Assembly: GCA_002104945.1 (NCBI GenBank)
Contig: MCFH01000013.1
Span: 1 to 64,000, forward strand
Direction of reading: 5' to 3'
DNA: 64,000 nucleotides
Origin: Piromyces finnis finn
Lineage: Eukaryota; Fungi; Neocallimastigomycota
Shown: positions 13,201 through 28,172 of the stretch, piece after piece
Layout of the letters: each line of letters opens with the position of its first letter
How positions within the stretch are numbered: the stretch's first letter is position 1
Notes under the pieces: model-generated
The model's input: the letters and a program-made list of their open reading frames with translations, nothing else
Databases searched by the model: none
What the model was told of the DNA's origin: nothing
Program-made: the position numbers and the translations under genes

Positions 13201-15748
13201 TCAGGTGTGGGTTGATTTTCGTTTAAGTTTTCTCCCTGTACCAACCCTACGTAAATGTGATTTTTCTCTAAGTTCGACTCTTGTACCAACCCTACTGAAA
13301 CACAAGTTTTTTCTAAGTTGGATTCAAATGTCAACCCTCCGGAATCACATTTTTTCTCTAAGTCAACACTCTGTACCAACCCTACTGAAACGGGATTTTT
13401 CTCTAAGTCAGAACTTCGTGTCAACCCTCCGGAAACACAAGTTTTCTCTAAGTTGGAACTCGATACCAACCCTCCGGAACTTCCGTTTCTGGTTTCTTTT
13501 GTAGCCTTGTGGCTACCATTGCCCACGATTTCGGCTTCAATGTTTTCTGCGGTTACAGTTACCAGAGGCCTTCTTGCTTTTGCATTAGTAACTGTATTTA
13601 TGGGACTTAATTGAGTACAGTAGTAGATGTCACCACCATTCACACCATAACTGTTGGTATGTCCTTTATCCTTATCATTATCTACTACGAAGTACCTCAC
13701 TTGTGCATCTTTATCGTAACCTCTGTAGATAAAGTGCTCATCCATGAAGCCCAGTCCCACAATGATCATCTCCGGCATGTTGTCGGATAGGTGACAACTT
13801 GTGTTGAAGCAGTATGGTTTAGCTTCTTGTTCGCCAGATGGAGTTAACCATAACTTCAACTGCAAGTCATCTGAGAACTGCTTTAACTCGATATCTCCAT
13901 TCACAGTTCTGAATATGGCTGGTTTGTCCACTACCTTTAACCCGAGCTTCTTTGCCAAATTTGGATGAATGAGGTTTGTAGTGGAACCAGTATCATACAA
14001 GACTTCTACCCTTTTTATATCTCGAGGGTTGCTTCTTGCATTTATTTCAGCTACTAATTGGTTCTGACTGTAGTAGCTGTTATTAACCGTCGTTTGACTT
14101 GCCATAGCCTTAGGTAATGGGTTATTTCCCATACTAGAAGGTCCTTGCCTTGGTTGGAAGCTAGAACTTCTTCTAAAGCTTGACTTGTTTAATGATTCAC
14201 GACGTTCTTTATACCGTTATTGTTTTTTGCGTAAGCCTGAGTGTTGGTCTGCTCAACTTTAGGCTTATTATTTGGCTTGTTGTTCTTCTGCTTTAACTCA
14301 GCCCATCTAGATGGTCTACATGGGTCTGTGATGTCCAACAAGGCCATAATAGTGGTCTGGCGGTCTCTTTTGTCGTACTTTTCTATGGTTTCATTACGGA
14401 AGACTGCTTGGTGATCATCGCACTTTAACAAGACTTCACTTAATGTTTCCAGCGTACGTTCCTGTTCAGGGATATCATAGAACGCTTCCCTGACAGAAGG
14501 CCTGACCTGTTGTATTAACACCTGTCTCCTAACATTTTCAGGAAGCCCAAGTGTTTCCGTCAATTCATTGAACTCTTCCAAGTAGTCGTATGCTTTTCCC
14601 CACTCATGTGTGAGTTTAAGCAACTTTGACTTGCAGAGTTCATGGGGAGACTCTGGTGGAAACTTATCTTGAAGGTGGAGGAATAGTCTTTCAGCATCAG
14701 GATTCCTACGCTGCAGCGTCCTCTCTCTAAGTCTATACCATCTCAATACTTTACCACCTAGATGATCTTCAATGAAGCTAACCTTTGCCTTTTCGTCGTT
14801 ACCATAGTCATATGGATAACGTTTGAAATGACGTAAGCACTTCTCTTGAAAACCCTCTAAGTCTATCCCATTATTATCAAACATAGGCACTTTTTCTTCA
14901 TACCTATGTACTCGCCAGTCGAACATCTTCACGTCCCCATCCTCGGAGTATTCCGTAGGGTTGGTGCTGCTACTAGTTCCAGCACCATGAGGATTACCCG
15001 TACCACCGGTTTGATAGGATGTTCTTTCATGAGCTCTGGCTTCAGCTCTTCTTGTTATGGCTTCGACTTTAGCCTCGAACAATTTTTCTCTTTCTTCTAG
15101 AGCGTTTCGTTGCTCCCTCAATCTGGCCATCTCTTCTTCAAGCTCTTTTTTATAAGAGACAAAGGCACTAGATTGGCGGTACAACGTTTCTTGGTTGTTT
15201 AGCACTTGCTGGTGGTCTTGTAACCTTTCCTCATGTTCTGCAGTAAAGGCATTTTCCACAGCATGCAGCTCTTCCAAGCTAACTTGGCTAGCTGACTCAT
15301 TTGCTTCCAACCTTTGATCCACTTCAACAAATTTTTGCTGAAGAGCATCGTTTATCTCGCTCTTGTAAACCTCAATACCCGCGAGTTGTTCTTCCATAGC
15401 ACCCAGACGGTTTCCCATACTAGCAAACTGGCTAGATATTTCCGAAACCCATCTATTAAGAAGAACCTCAATGTGTTGCATTGGGTTTACCTCACTATTA
15501 TTAGTAAAAAAGAAAGAAGGATCAACAGGGGCGGGCATAGAATCCCCCTGTTGAACCTGTAAATTCTGATTAGATTCGACCTCAGTGCTTTCGAGAAGCA
15601 CCGGGGTTCGAACCCGTGACATTCCCTCTACACCATCCATGCCATCCGCGCTCGCCGCGTCAGGACGGGTCCCGTCCCTTACGAATGATGTTTTTGTGTC
15701 CAATTTATGGACACCCCGAGGGTTAGGCGACTTACCTGCGTTTTTCAT
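10210..15748 (-). pseudogene. pol: Element B gag-pol polyprotein split by two 1-bp deletions
   Basis: ORFs 14189-15748, 12720-14132 (LYDTGS) and 10210-12720 (YLDD, CDAS, HHCC, TDRG, degenerate chromodomain-like tail) align to the single reading frame of copy C. Confidence 0.93.
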
Positions 15749-16030
15749 TTCTAATTCAAAATAAATTCTTTTAATAATTAAAGAATTTATTATATAAAAT
15801 AGGTTATAATGAATTTAAAATTTAAAAATAATGAATTTTTAATGCTAAACTATTAAAAAATATTATTTTAATAATAAATTTATTCTTTTAAATATAATAT
15901 TTGAATATTATATAAAAATTGTAAATAATATTATTAAAACAATAATTTAAATAAAAATAAAATAGTTTTTTAAGAATTTTTAATAACACTAACCTAATTA
16001 AAACTAAGCTAACGTAAGAACTAACTATAA

Positions 16031-16041
16031 AGCGTTAGTAT
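16031..16041 (-). promoter_or_regulatory. Self-complementary PBS of element B (ATACTAACGCT)
   Basis: Directly follows the 5' LTR. It is the exact reverse complement of the LTR-internal site at 16315-16325. Confidence 0.85.
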
Positions 16042-16662
16042 TGTAAAAGGTTTATTATAATATTAGTTAATAGGTTATTAAATTAGTTAATTAAGTTAGT
16101 TATTACCTCTCTATACGAGTTAATAACTAAATAAAGTTTTATAAAAAATAATAAAAGAAGGAAAATAAATATTATAACACTAAAATAATATAAACACTTA
16201 TATAAATATTTTATGAAATAACTTTTACTTAAATAATTATATTTTAATTATATCTTTTATTTATTAATTATAATTATCTACATTAATTATTATTATAGTT
16301 ATTAATTTACTTTAATACTAACGCTAAAGTATTTAACGTTAGTTTTTACTATACTTTTAACTATATGAGTTTATTTTCTTTACCACTTGATTGGGTAAAG
16401 CAAATAAACTTCCTATTTAATTAATAACCATTAATATATGGTTATGCATATATTTGGCCAATAAATGGTGACCAGAATATATGGTTTCAATTGAAATATT
16501 TGTGGGCAAACTTATGGCCACAAATATTTCTTACAAATACTAGAAATAACTAAATTGTCTTAGTGGTTAGTAGCTAAAACTTTGAGTCTGAATGACACTA
16601 GTTCGAGACCTCATAGATACTATTTTAAAAAAATTATAATTTTATTTTATTTTATTTTTTTA

Positions 16663-19600
16663 TGATTAAATATTATTATTATAATATTTTATATAACACC
16701 AACACTTTATAAATAAATATTTGTATAATATGTATATATATTATTTTATATTTATTTATTATTATTTATTTATTAATATTTGTTATTAATATTTATTATT
16801 ATTTAATACAAGTTATTTAATAATGTCTTTTCTTATATTATGAAAAGAACTACATTTTAATAATAGTAAAAAATATATATTTATATAATATTAAATAAAA
16901 TTATACTTTTCATATAATTAATTTAATTAATACATAAAAATTTAAATAATATATAATTATATAATTAATTAATAGTAAATAAAATATAAAATTATTTCAT
17001 TATAATTTTAACATTCTCCCAAAAGTATAAATACTTTTATTTAATATTCATTTAATATTCATTTAATATTCATTTAATATTTATGTAATAAATTATTTCT
17101 AAAAATAGACATTTTTGTAGCATCCAAATATTTTGGTGAAACCATCAGCAATGTTATTTAAGGACTTGATATATTCCAATTTAATTTTTTTCTCTTTTAA
17201 CCATTTCTCTTATTTTATGATACTTAATATCAATATGTTTTGATTTTGGATTAATAGTATCATTTTCAGCATTATAAATTGCTGCCTGGTTGTCAATGTT
17301 TATTACAGTACATTTATGAGTTATCCCTAACTCATTAAGTATGTTTGCATACCAAAGTGAATGTTTTCCGCACTCACATAAGCTGTAATATTCTGACTCA
17401 GCTGTAGAGGTAGCAATACAATGTTGAAGTTTCGAAAACCAACTCGTGGGACCACTTCCCATGAAGAAAACAAATCCGGTGGTTGATCTTCTGGTTACTT
17501 TGTCACTACCGTAGTCTGCGTCTACAAAGGTCTTTAAAGAAGCTTCGCCTGAATAGAGCAATCCGTAATTAATGGTTCCTTTGAGGTATTTAAAAATTTG
17601 AATAACATTCTCCCAGTCTTTAAAAGTAGGTTCTTGTGATTTTCTGGCTGCTTTGGTGACTGAAAATAAAATGTCTGGTCTAGTAGATATAGCAAGATAT
17701 AGTAAACTACCAATGGCTGCACGATACTTTGTTGGGTTATATTTTTCTTGTTTATCATCAACTTCGTTTGCTGGTTTAGGTGTTTTGCAAGGTTTACAGT
17801 TTTCTAAGTTGAATTTTCTTAAGATATCTCTAAGGTATCTTTCTTGGTGAAGTAAGTATCCATTGTTTAATTTTTCAAATTTAATTCCAATAATAAAATC
17901 TGCATATCCAATATCGGTAACTTTGTATCTTTTCTTTAGTAATTCTTTAGTTTTATTTATTTCATAATTGTTACCTGATATTAGGATATCATCGACATAT
18001 ATTCCTAACAAACATTTTATATTATTGTTATCATCTTTCTTAACGAAAATACAGGGTTCACTTACCAGTCTTTTAAATCCAATATTAGTTAAAGTATCAG
18101 TTATATTATTATTCCATTCTCGTGCTGCTTGCTTGAGACCATAGAGTGCCTTATTTAGTTTCCAATAGCCTTTTTTCGGTAAGTAGAGTCTCCTTCTGGA
18201 GCATACATATAAATACATTCATTTAAGTCAGCATATAAATAAGCTGCCTTTATATCTAATTGATGTATATAAAATTTCTTTTCTGCTGAAATAGCTGTAA
18301 GAATTCTTAGTGAATCATGTTTTAATGTTGGAGAAAATGTTTCTTTGTAGTCCGTACCGTATTCTTGAGTGAATCCTCTAGCTACTAAGCGTGCTTTATA
18401 CTTGGTAATGTTTCCTTTGCTATCCTTTTAATTTTGAACACCCATTTTGAGGTAATTACATTAGTATTTTGTGGAACTTTGTTTATTTTTTCATATACTT
18501 TGCGTTCTTTCATATTGTTTAATTCATCATTTATAGCGTCAAGCCATCTTCTTTTATCTTTTCTCTTAAAGATTTTCAAAAAAACTTGTTGGTTCTGTTA
18601 TTTGGTTATCTGTCGTTGATGATTTATCAACGTTTATTTATTTCTTTTCTTATTCTTTTACTAGTTGTATACTTTTCATTATTATCCAAAATTTTTCTTT
18701 TGTTCCTTGGATAATTTGGATATTGTCTTTGTTCTACATCTAGTGAATGGTTTGGAATATAGCTTAATGAGTTATTATTTTTTTTTGTTTATTTTATTTA
18801 ATTCTGATAAACTAATTCCATTGTCCAAGTCTTTAGCCTTATAAGAAATTTTGTTCTTAGATTTTCTTTCGCTTTCAATTATTTTTATTTATCCTTTCTT
18901 CTTTGTTTAAGAATTTATTTCTTTTAATTTTAATTTTACTTTCATCTTCACTTTCTTCGTCACTGTCGATTACTTTTTCTTTTATTTTTCTTTTTATGAA
19001 TATTATTATTGTTGTTTTTAATTTTATAACTGTTATTGTCTTTCATATTATTAATGAAGTTATTATTTATATTATTATTTATATTATTCTTATTATGTGA
19101 ATTAATAATATTAACGTTGTTATCGTCATTATTATCATTAAATTTATTTATATGATTTTATTTATAATATCATTATCATCATATATTTCATTAATATTTT
19201 TATTTGTTTTATTTAAATTATTATCTTCTTTTGTATTATTATTTTTATTTTTTATTTTATTTTTATTTTTTATTTTATTTTTATTTAAATCATTACTTTC
19301 ATTTGAATTATTATTTTCATCTGAAATATTGTTTTTATTGGATTATCGTTTTCATTTGAATTATTGTTTTTATTTGAATTGTTATTTTCATTTAAATTAT
19401 TATTTTCATTTAAATTATTATTTGTGTTTAAATCGTTATTTTCTTTTAAAATATTATTTTCATTTAATTTATTTTCATTTAATTGTTATTTATATTTAAA
19501 TTGTTATTTATATTTAAATTGTTATTTTCATTTATGTTATAATTTTTAATGTTTTCTTTATTATTATTGTTATAAATAATATTATCCTTATTATTATTAC

Positions 19601-22450
19601 TATTAATGCCGATATAGTTATTGTTGGCATTATATTTTATTTTATTAAAATTATTTGGAAAATCATTGTTATTAATGTTTGATGATATGCCAATTTCTAT
19701 GTCCTGTTGAAGACTTCGTTATCGTCCCCCTCCATTTCATTGATTAATGAATCATGATCGATGAAATTGACATTTTTGACGTTATCATCAAAATTAAAAT
19801 TACCTGGTTGGTCTTCTAAAAATTCAACTACTCTTTTGATGACAATTTTAAAAGAATTTAAGTCAAAATTCTGAATCCGGTAGAAGTGTCATCATAACCA
19901 ATAAATATGCCAGGTAGCGAAGTGCTTTCAAATTTGTGTTTTTCAGTGTTACGTTTAAGATGTAACACTTTACATCCAAAAACACGAAATTTACTGTAGT
20001 CTACTGGGATATTATATAACATTTCATAGGGTACTTCAAGTCATTTCCATTGTGAGGTAACCTGTTATGTATATAATTGGCAGTTCTGACTGCGTCTTCC
20101 CAGAATCTTCTACATAATTTAGCATCTTGCATCATAGTGGTAGCTGCATGGATTAGTACTCCATTAAACCTTTCAGCGCGTCCATTTTGTTGTGGATTAT
20201 ATGGTACAGTGAATTGTTGTGTAATACCATGAGTATCACAAAAATTTTTAAAATTTAAAGACTTATATTCTGTACCATTATCACTTCTTAAATATGTAAT
20301 ATTCTTTTTAAATTCATTGGTAACTTTATTATACCATATTTTAAACGCGTTTAACGCGTCACTTTTATTTTTTATAAAAATTACCCATCCATATCTTGAA
20401 TATCATCTAAAAAGGTAATAAAATAATGATTACCGTATATAGATGACGCGTTAATGGGTCCAACTATATCAGTATGTACTAATTGAAGTACTTCTGTACT
20501 TTTATTAGTAGAACTATGATATGGTTGATTTTTTAATTTTGATAATGAACATGTTTCACAAATATCTTTAATGTTTATATTAATAATTTATTTTCAATAC
20601 TTTTGGCATGAAAATGACCTAATCTTCTATGCCAAAGATGTAATTTTTCATCATTATTAACTTCCTAATTGAATAACAATACATTGGATTTTGTATTTGG
20701 TAGTTAAATAATTTTGTCTTTGATATATAAACATTAAATATGTTATGTTCATCTTCTCTTGATACATATATATTATTTTTATTTTTATCTTGGATAAATG
20801 CTGTGGCAGATTATTTATATATTTAAATTTACATTAAGACTTCTTTAACAAAATTTGAAATAGATATTAAATTCCTTTTAATATCTGGAACATATAAAAC
20901 ATTTTTTAAAATTATTTGTTCTTTATTAAAGTAGCCTTTTATGTTGCCTATATGTGTAGATAACCAACTCACCATCCGCATAGTAAATTGGTTCTTTATG
21001 TCTTTTAATTTTATATAATAATTTAATATCGTTTGTAAGGTGAACTGATGCTCCTGAATCTAGCATCCACATACTAAAGTTCCCTTTTGATTTTATAACC
21101 TTTTTATATTTTTTATTTGAAAAATTTACTTTTACAACACTGTTTGATTCTTTTTCATATGTAGAATCATAATCCACGTTGAATAAATTTGGTGTTATAT
21201 CCTTGTAGTTACTTCTTTGTTTTGTAACTACATCTGCATATTTCTTTTATATTTTTTATTTTGTTTATTTTATAATTTTTATTGTTTGAATTATATTCTT
21301 TTGCTAATTTTCTTTAAATATGCAGTTTCTTCAATGTGGCCTCTTTTATTACAAAAATGACATATTATCATTTTTATTTTTATTATTTTTATTTTTATAA
21401 TTTGAAATTTATTATTTTTATGATTATAATTATCATAATTTCCATAGCCACTTTCACTACTAAAACTTGATTAAATCCAAGCCTATTACTTCGTTCCCTT
21501 TCTTCTGACCTTTGAACAGACTGAACTCTATTTGATACATATTCTCTACATAAAGTCCAGTTACCTTCATAATCGAATATATTTATCCATTGGTATTGTT
21601 TTGGCATAGCTCTGTATAAAACGGCGGCCTTTTCTTCTTCATCTATATGGACTCCCATGGATTCTAATGTTTCAAATTTTAAATTTAGTTTTAATTTACA
21701 AAACTGGCTATACTATCTTGTGGGTTGTATTTCATTCTATTCACTTCTTTAATAAGGTCAGTTTTCTTACTGGATTGGTTTCCTATATATATACTTTCTA
21801 AAGTTTTCCATATTTGGTAACCAGTAAGTGTTCTACTTTGAACATTCTTCAACTGATTTTGGTGCCAATGTACTTCTAATAAACATTCTTACTTATTATC
21901 AATAGCAAGAGTTTCATCTGTTACATTTTATTATAGTACATGTTAGGCTCATGTGGGACTTCTTTTATAATTTTCTTTTTCACTCTCTGATATATTCTTT
22001 ATATATATCTTTGGAGTTTTATTTTCATCAATATATTCTTCCAAACCGCAGCATCTTAAATATCTCTGACTTTGATCTGCCAAGCTTGAAATTTTCTTTA
22101 TTAAGTTCTATTTTGGAATTTTCCTATAAAACTAGAAGGGTCCATATTTGAACTTAGTAGATTTTTATTTTTATTATTAGACATTTTTTGAGACAATTGA
22201 GACTCTTAATCTTTTATGATTAAATATTATTATTATAATATTTTATATAACACCAACACTTTATAAATAAATAATTTTATAATATGTATTATATTAAATA
22301 TTTTATATTTATTTATTAATTATTTATTTATTAATTTTTTTATTAATTATTTATTATTATTTAATACAAGTTATTTAATAATGTTTTTCTTATATTATGA
22401 AAAGAATACATTTTAATAATAGTAAAAAATATATATTAATATTTATAATA
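16663..22450 (-). mobile_element. Ty1/Copia element K, left arm of palindrome (many indels)
   Basis: 3' LTR 16663-17013 (TGTTAA...TAATCA), PPT TTTTGGGAGAA, RT (YVDD)/RNase H ORF 17181-18218, LDSGAS protease, and partial 5' LTR from 22217. Confidence 0.93.
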
Positions 22451-22593
22451 ATTAACTATAATAAAAATATTAATAAATAAATAAATAATAAATAAAATAT
22501 TAAATAATTATATACATATTTAACAAATATTTATTTATAAAGTTTTTGGTGTTATAATAAATATTATAATAATAATAAAAAATTTATCATAAA

Positions 22594-22608
22594 AGATTAA
22601 GAGTCTCA
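22594..22608 (+). promoter_or_regulatory. Putative half-tRNA PBS of Copia K (complement of tRNA-Lys CUU anticodon arm)
   Basis: AGATTAAGAGTCTCA starts 4 nt after the LTR end. Its complement TGAGA-CT-CTT-AA-TCT has anticodon-loop architecture. It is also present at 22198-22212. Confidence 0.65.
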
Positions 22609-22662
22609 GTTGTCTCAAGAAAATGTCTAATAATAAAAATAAAAAATCTACTAAGTTCAAAT

Positions 22663-25600
22663 ATGGACCCTTCTAGTTTTATAGGAAAAATTCCAAATAG
22701 AACTTTAATAAAGAAAATTTTCAAGCTTGGCAGATCAAAGTCAGAAGATATTTTAAGATGCTGCGGTTTGGAAGAATATATTGATGAAAATAAAACTCCA
22801 AAGATATATATAAAGAATATATCAGAGAGTGAAAAAGAAAATTATAAAGAAGTCCCACATGAGCCTAACATGTACTATAATAAAAATGTAACAGATGAAA
22901 CTCTTGCTATTGATAATAAAGTAAGAATGTTTATTAGAAGTACATTGGCACCAAAATCAGTTGAAGATGTTCAAAGTAGAACACTTACTGGTTACCAAAT
23001 ATGGAAAACTTTAGAAAGTATATATATAGGAAACCAATCCAGTAAGAAAACTGACCTTATTAAAGAAGTGAATAGAATGAAATACAACCCACAAGATAGT
23101 ATAGCCAGTTTTGTAAATAAACTAAATTTAAAATTTGAAACATTAGAATCCATGGGAGTCCATATAGATGAAGAAGAAAAGGCCGCCGTTTTATACAGAG
23201 CTATGCCAAAACAATACCAATGGATAAATATATTCGATTATGAAGGTAACTGGACTTTATGTAGAGAATATGTATCAAATAGAGTTCAGTCTGTTCAAAG
23301 GTCAGAAGAAAGGGAACGGAAGTAATAGGCTTGGATTTAATCAAGTTTTTAGTAGTGAAAGTGGCTATGGGAAATTATGATAATTATAATCATAAAAATA
23401 ATAAATTTTCAAATTATAAAAATAAAAATAATAAAAATAAAAATGATATAATATGTCATTTTTGTAATAAAAGAGGCCACATTGAAAGAAACTACATATT
23501 TAAAGAAAAATTAGCAAAAGAATATAATTCAAACAATAAAAATTATAAAAATAAACAAAATAAAAAATATAAAAAGAAATATGCAGATGTAGTTACAAAA
23601 CAAAGAAGTAACTACAAGGATATAACACCAAATTTATTCAACGTGGATTATGATTCTACATATGAAAAAGAATCAAACAGTGTTGTAAAAGTAAATTTTT
23701 CAAATAAAAAATATAAAAAGGTTATAAAATCAAAAGGGAACTTTAGTATGTGGATGCTAGATTCAGGAGCATCAGTTCACCTTACAAACGATATTAAATT
23801 ATTATATAAAATTAAAAGACATTAAAGAACCAATTTACTATGCGGATGGTGAAGTTGGTTATTCTACACATATAGGCAACATAAAAGGCTACTTTAATAA
23901 AGAACAAATAATTTTAAAAAATGTTTTATATGTTCCAGATATTAAAAGGAATTTAATATCTATTTCAAATTTTGTTAAAGAAGGTCTTAATGTAAATTTT
24001 AAATATATAAATAATGCTGCCACAGCATTTATCCAAGATAAAAATAAAATAATATATATGTATCAAGAGAAGATGAACATAACATATTTAATGTTTATAT
24101 ATCAAAGACAAAATTATTTAACTACCAAATACAAAATCCAATGTATTGTTATTCAATTAGGAAGTTAAATAATGATGAAAAATTACATCTTTGGCATAGA
24201 AGATTAGGTCATTTTCATGCCAAAAGTATTGAAAATAAATTATTAAATATAACATTAAAGATATTTGTGAAACATGTTCATTATCAAAATTAAAAATCAA
24301 CCATATCATAGTTCTACTAATAAAAAGTACAGAAGTACTTCAATTAGTACATACTGATATAGTTGGACCCATTAACGCGTCATCTATATACGGTAATCAT
24401 TATTTTATTACCTTTTTAGATGATTATTCAAGATATGGATGGGTAATTTTTATAAAAAATAAAAGTGACGCGTTTAACGCGTTTAAAATATGGTATAATA
24501 AAGTTACCAATGAATTTAAAAGAATATTACATATTTAAGAAGTGATAATGGTACAGAATATAAGTCTTTAAATTTTAAAAAATTTTTGTGATACTCATGG
24601 TATTACACAACAATTCACTGTACCATATAATCCACAACAAAATGGACGCGCTGAAAGGTTTTAATGGAGTACTAATCCATGCAGCTACCACTATGATGCA
24701 AGATGCTAAATTATGTAGAAGATTCTGGGAAGACGCAGTCAGAACTGCCAATTATATACATAACAGGTTACCTCACAATGGAAATGACTTGAAGGTACCC
24801 TATGAAATGTTATATAATATCCCAGTAGACTACAGTAAATTTCGTGTTTTTGGATGTAAAGTGTTACATCTTAAACGTAACACTGAAAAACACAAATTTG
24901 AAAGCACTTCGCTACCTGGCATATTTATTGGTTATGATGACACTTCTACCGGATTCAGAATTTTTGACTTAAATTCTTTTAAAATTGTCATCAAAAGAGT
25001 AGTTGAATTTTTAGAAGACCAACCAGGTAATTTTAATTTTGATGATAACGTCAAAAATGTCAATTTCATCGATCATGATTCATTAATCAATGAAATGGAG
25101 GGGGACGATAACGAAAGTCTTCAACAGGACATAGAAATTGGGCATATCATCAAACATTAATAACAATGATTTTTCCAAATAATTTTAATAAAATAAAATA
25201 TAATGCCAACAATAACTATATCGGCATTAATAGTAATAATAATAAGGATAATATTATTTATAACAATAATAATAAAGAAACATTAAAAATTATAACATAA
25301 ATGAAAATAACAATTTAAATATAAATAACAATTTAAATAAAATAACAATTTAAATGAAAATAATATTTTAAAAGAAAATAACGATTTAAACACAACAATA
25401 ATTTAAATGAAATAATAATTTAAATGAAAATAACAATTCAAATAAAACAATAATTCAAATGAAAACGATAATCCAAATAAAAACAATATTTCAGATGAAA
25501 ATAATAATTCAAATGAAAGTAATGATTTAAATAAAAATAAAATAAAAAAAAAATAAAATAAAAAATAAAAATAATAATACAAAAGAAGATAATAATTTAA

Positions 25601-27680
25601 ATAAAACAAATAAAAATATTAATGAAATATATGATGATAATGATATTAATAATATAAATCATATAAATAAATTTAATGATAATAATGACGATAACAACGT
25701 TAATATTATTAATTCACATAATAAGAATAATATAAATAATAATATAAATAATAACTTCATTAATAATATGAAAGACAATAACAGTTATAAATTAAAAACA
25801 ACAATAATAATATTCATAAAAAGAAAAATAAAAGAAAAGTAATCGACAGTGACGAAGAAAGTGAAGATGAAAGTAAAATTAAAATTAAAAGAAATAAATT
25901 CTTAAACAAAGAAGAAAGGATAAATAAAATAATTGAAAGCGAAAGAAAATCTAAGAACAAAATTTCTTATAAGGCTAAAGACTTGGACAATGGAATTAGT
26001 TTATCAGAATTAAATAAAAATAAACAAAAAAATAATAACTCATTAAGCTATATTCCAAACCATTCACTAGATGTAGAACAAAGACAATATCCAAATTATC
26101 CAAGGAACAAAGAAAAATTTTGGATAATAATGAAAGTATACAACTAGTAAAAGAATAAGAAAAGAAATAAATAACGTTGATAAATCATCAACGACAGATA
26201 ACCAAATAACAGAACCAACAAGTTTTTTTGAAATCTTTAAGAGAAAAGATAAAGAAGATGGCTTGACGCTATAAATGATGAATTAAACAATATGAAAGAA
26301 CGCAAAGTATATGAAAAAATAAACCAAAGTTCCACAAAATACTAATGTAATTACCTCAAAATGGGTGTTCAAAATTAAAAGGGATAGCAAAGGAAACATT
26401 ACCAAGTATAAGCACGCTTAGTAGCTAGAGGATTCACTCAAGAATACGGTACGGACTACAAAGAAACATTTTTCTCCAACATTAAAACATGATTCACTAA
26501 GAATTCTTACAGCTATTTCAGCAGAAAAGAAATTTTATATACATCAATTAGATATAAAGGCAGCTTATTTATATGCTGACTTAAATGAATGTATTTATAT
26601 GTATGCTCCAGAAGGAGACTCTACTTACCGAAAGGCTATTGGAAACTAAATAAGGCACTCTATGGTCTCAAGCAAGCAGCACGAGAATGGAATAATAATA
26701 TAACTGATACTTTAACTAATATTGGATTTAAAAGACTGGTAAGTGAACCCTGTATTTTCGTTAAGAAAGATGATAACAATAATATAAAATGTTTGTTAGG
26801 AATATATGTCGATGATATCCTAATATCAGGTAACAATTATGAAATAAATAAAACTAAAGAATTACTAAAGAAAAGATACAAAGTTACCGATATTGGATAT
26901 GCAGATTTTATTATTGGAATTAAATTTGAAAAATTAAACAATGGATACTTACTTCACCAAGAAAGATACCTTAGAGATATCTTAAGAAAATTCAACTTAG
27001 AAAACTGTAAACCTTGCAAAACACCTAAACCAGCAAACGAAGTTGATGATAAACAAGAAAAAATATAACCCAACAAAGTATCGTGCAGCCATTGGTAGTT
27101 TACTATATCTTGCTATATCTACTAGACCAGACATTTTATTTCAGTCACCAAAGCAGCCAGAAAATCACAAGAACCTACTTTTAAAGACTGGGGAGAATGT
27201 TATTCAAATTTTTAAATACCTCAAAGGAACCATTAATTACGGATTGCTCTATTCAGGCGAAGCTTCTTTAAAGACCTTTGTAGACGCAGACTACGGTAGT
27301 GACAAAGTAACCAGAAGATCAACCACCGGATTTGTTTTCTTCATGGGAAGTGGTCCCACGAGTTGGTTTTCGAAACTTCAACATTGTATTGCTACCTCTA
27401 CAGCTGAGTCAGAATATTACAGCTTATGTGAGTGCGGAAAACATTCCTTTGGGTATGCAAACATACTTAATGAGTTAGGGATAACTCATAAATGTACTGT
27501 AATAAACATTGACAACCAGGCAGCAATTTATAATGCTGAAAATGATACTATAATCCAAAATCAAAACATATTGATATTAAGTATCATAAAATAAGAGAAA
27601 TGGTAAAAGAGAAAAAAATTAAATTGGAATATATCAAGTCCTTAAATAACATTGCTGATGGTTTCACAAAATATTTGGAT
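22663..27680 (+). pseudogene. pol: Copia K gag-pol (gag-PR-IN-RT-RH) fragmented by 1-bp indels
   Basis: ORFs 22663-23325, 23331-23825, 24588-25160, 26589-27068 and 27043-27594 occur in Copia domain order. Confidence 0.9.
25285..25530 (+). repeat. Degenerate AT-rich tandem repeats encoding an Asn-rich IN-RT spacer in Copia K
   Basis: Repeated AATGAAAATAA(T/C)AATT(T/C)A units; mirrored at ~19290-19540. Confidence 0.7.
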
Positions 27681-28172
27681 GCTACAAAAATGTCTATTTT
27701 TAGAAATAATTTATTACATAAATATTAAATGAATATTAAATGAATATTAAATGAATATTAATAAAAGTATTTATACTTTTGGGAGAATGTTAAAATTATA
27801 ATGAATAATTTTATATTTTATTTACTATTAATTAATTATATAATTATATATTATTTAAATTTTTATGTATTAATTAAATTAATTATATGAAAAGTATAAT
27901 TTTATTTAATATTATATAAATATATATTTTTACTATTATTAAATGTAGTTCTTTTCATAATATAAGAAAAGACATTATTAAATAACTTGTATTAAATAAT
28001 AATAAATATTAATAACAAATATTAATAAATAAATAATAATAAATAAATATAAAATAATATATATACATATTATACAAATATTTATTTATAAAGTGTTGGT
28101 GTTATATAAATATTATAATAATAATATTTAATCATAAAAAAAATAAAATAAATAAAATTATATTTTTTAAAA

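Larger units (their letters stand above)
9694..16535 (-). mobile_element. Chromovirus-like Ty3/Gypsy element B (full length, two 1-bp frameshifts)
   Basis: LTRs 9694-10188 and 16042-16535 (TGTAA...TTACA), PPT GAGGGGGGCAT, and gag-PR-RT-RH-IN. No TSD found (AACTA vs AATAC). Confidence 0.95.
22460..28134 (+). mobile_element. Ty1/Copia element K, right arm of palindrome
   Basis: Partial 5' LTR ending 22589, gag from 22663, CHFCNKRGH knuckle, WMLDSGASVH, integrase, RT YVDD, RNase H (DADYG, DNQAAI) and 3' LTR 27788-28134. Confidence 0.93.

Noticed and set aside
18903-19549. Hydrophobic membrane-protein or env-like ORFs
   Set aside because: Reverse complement of the Asn/Lys-rich Copia spacer; a compositional artefact.
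1035-28134. Additional programmed frameshifts in A, B and K
   Set aside because: Apart from the A gag-pol site, the shifts are scattered 1-bp indels, often in homopolymers, and differ between the two K arms. This is typical of long-read error.
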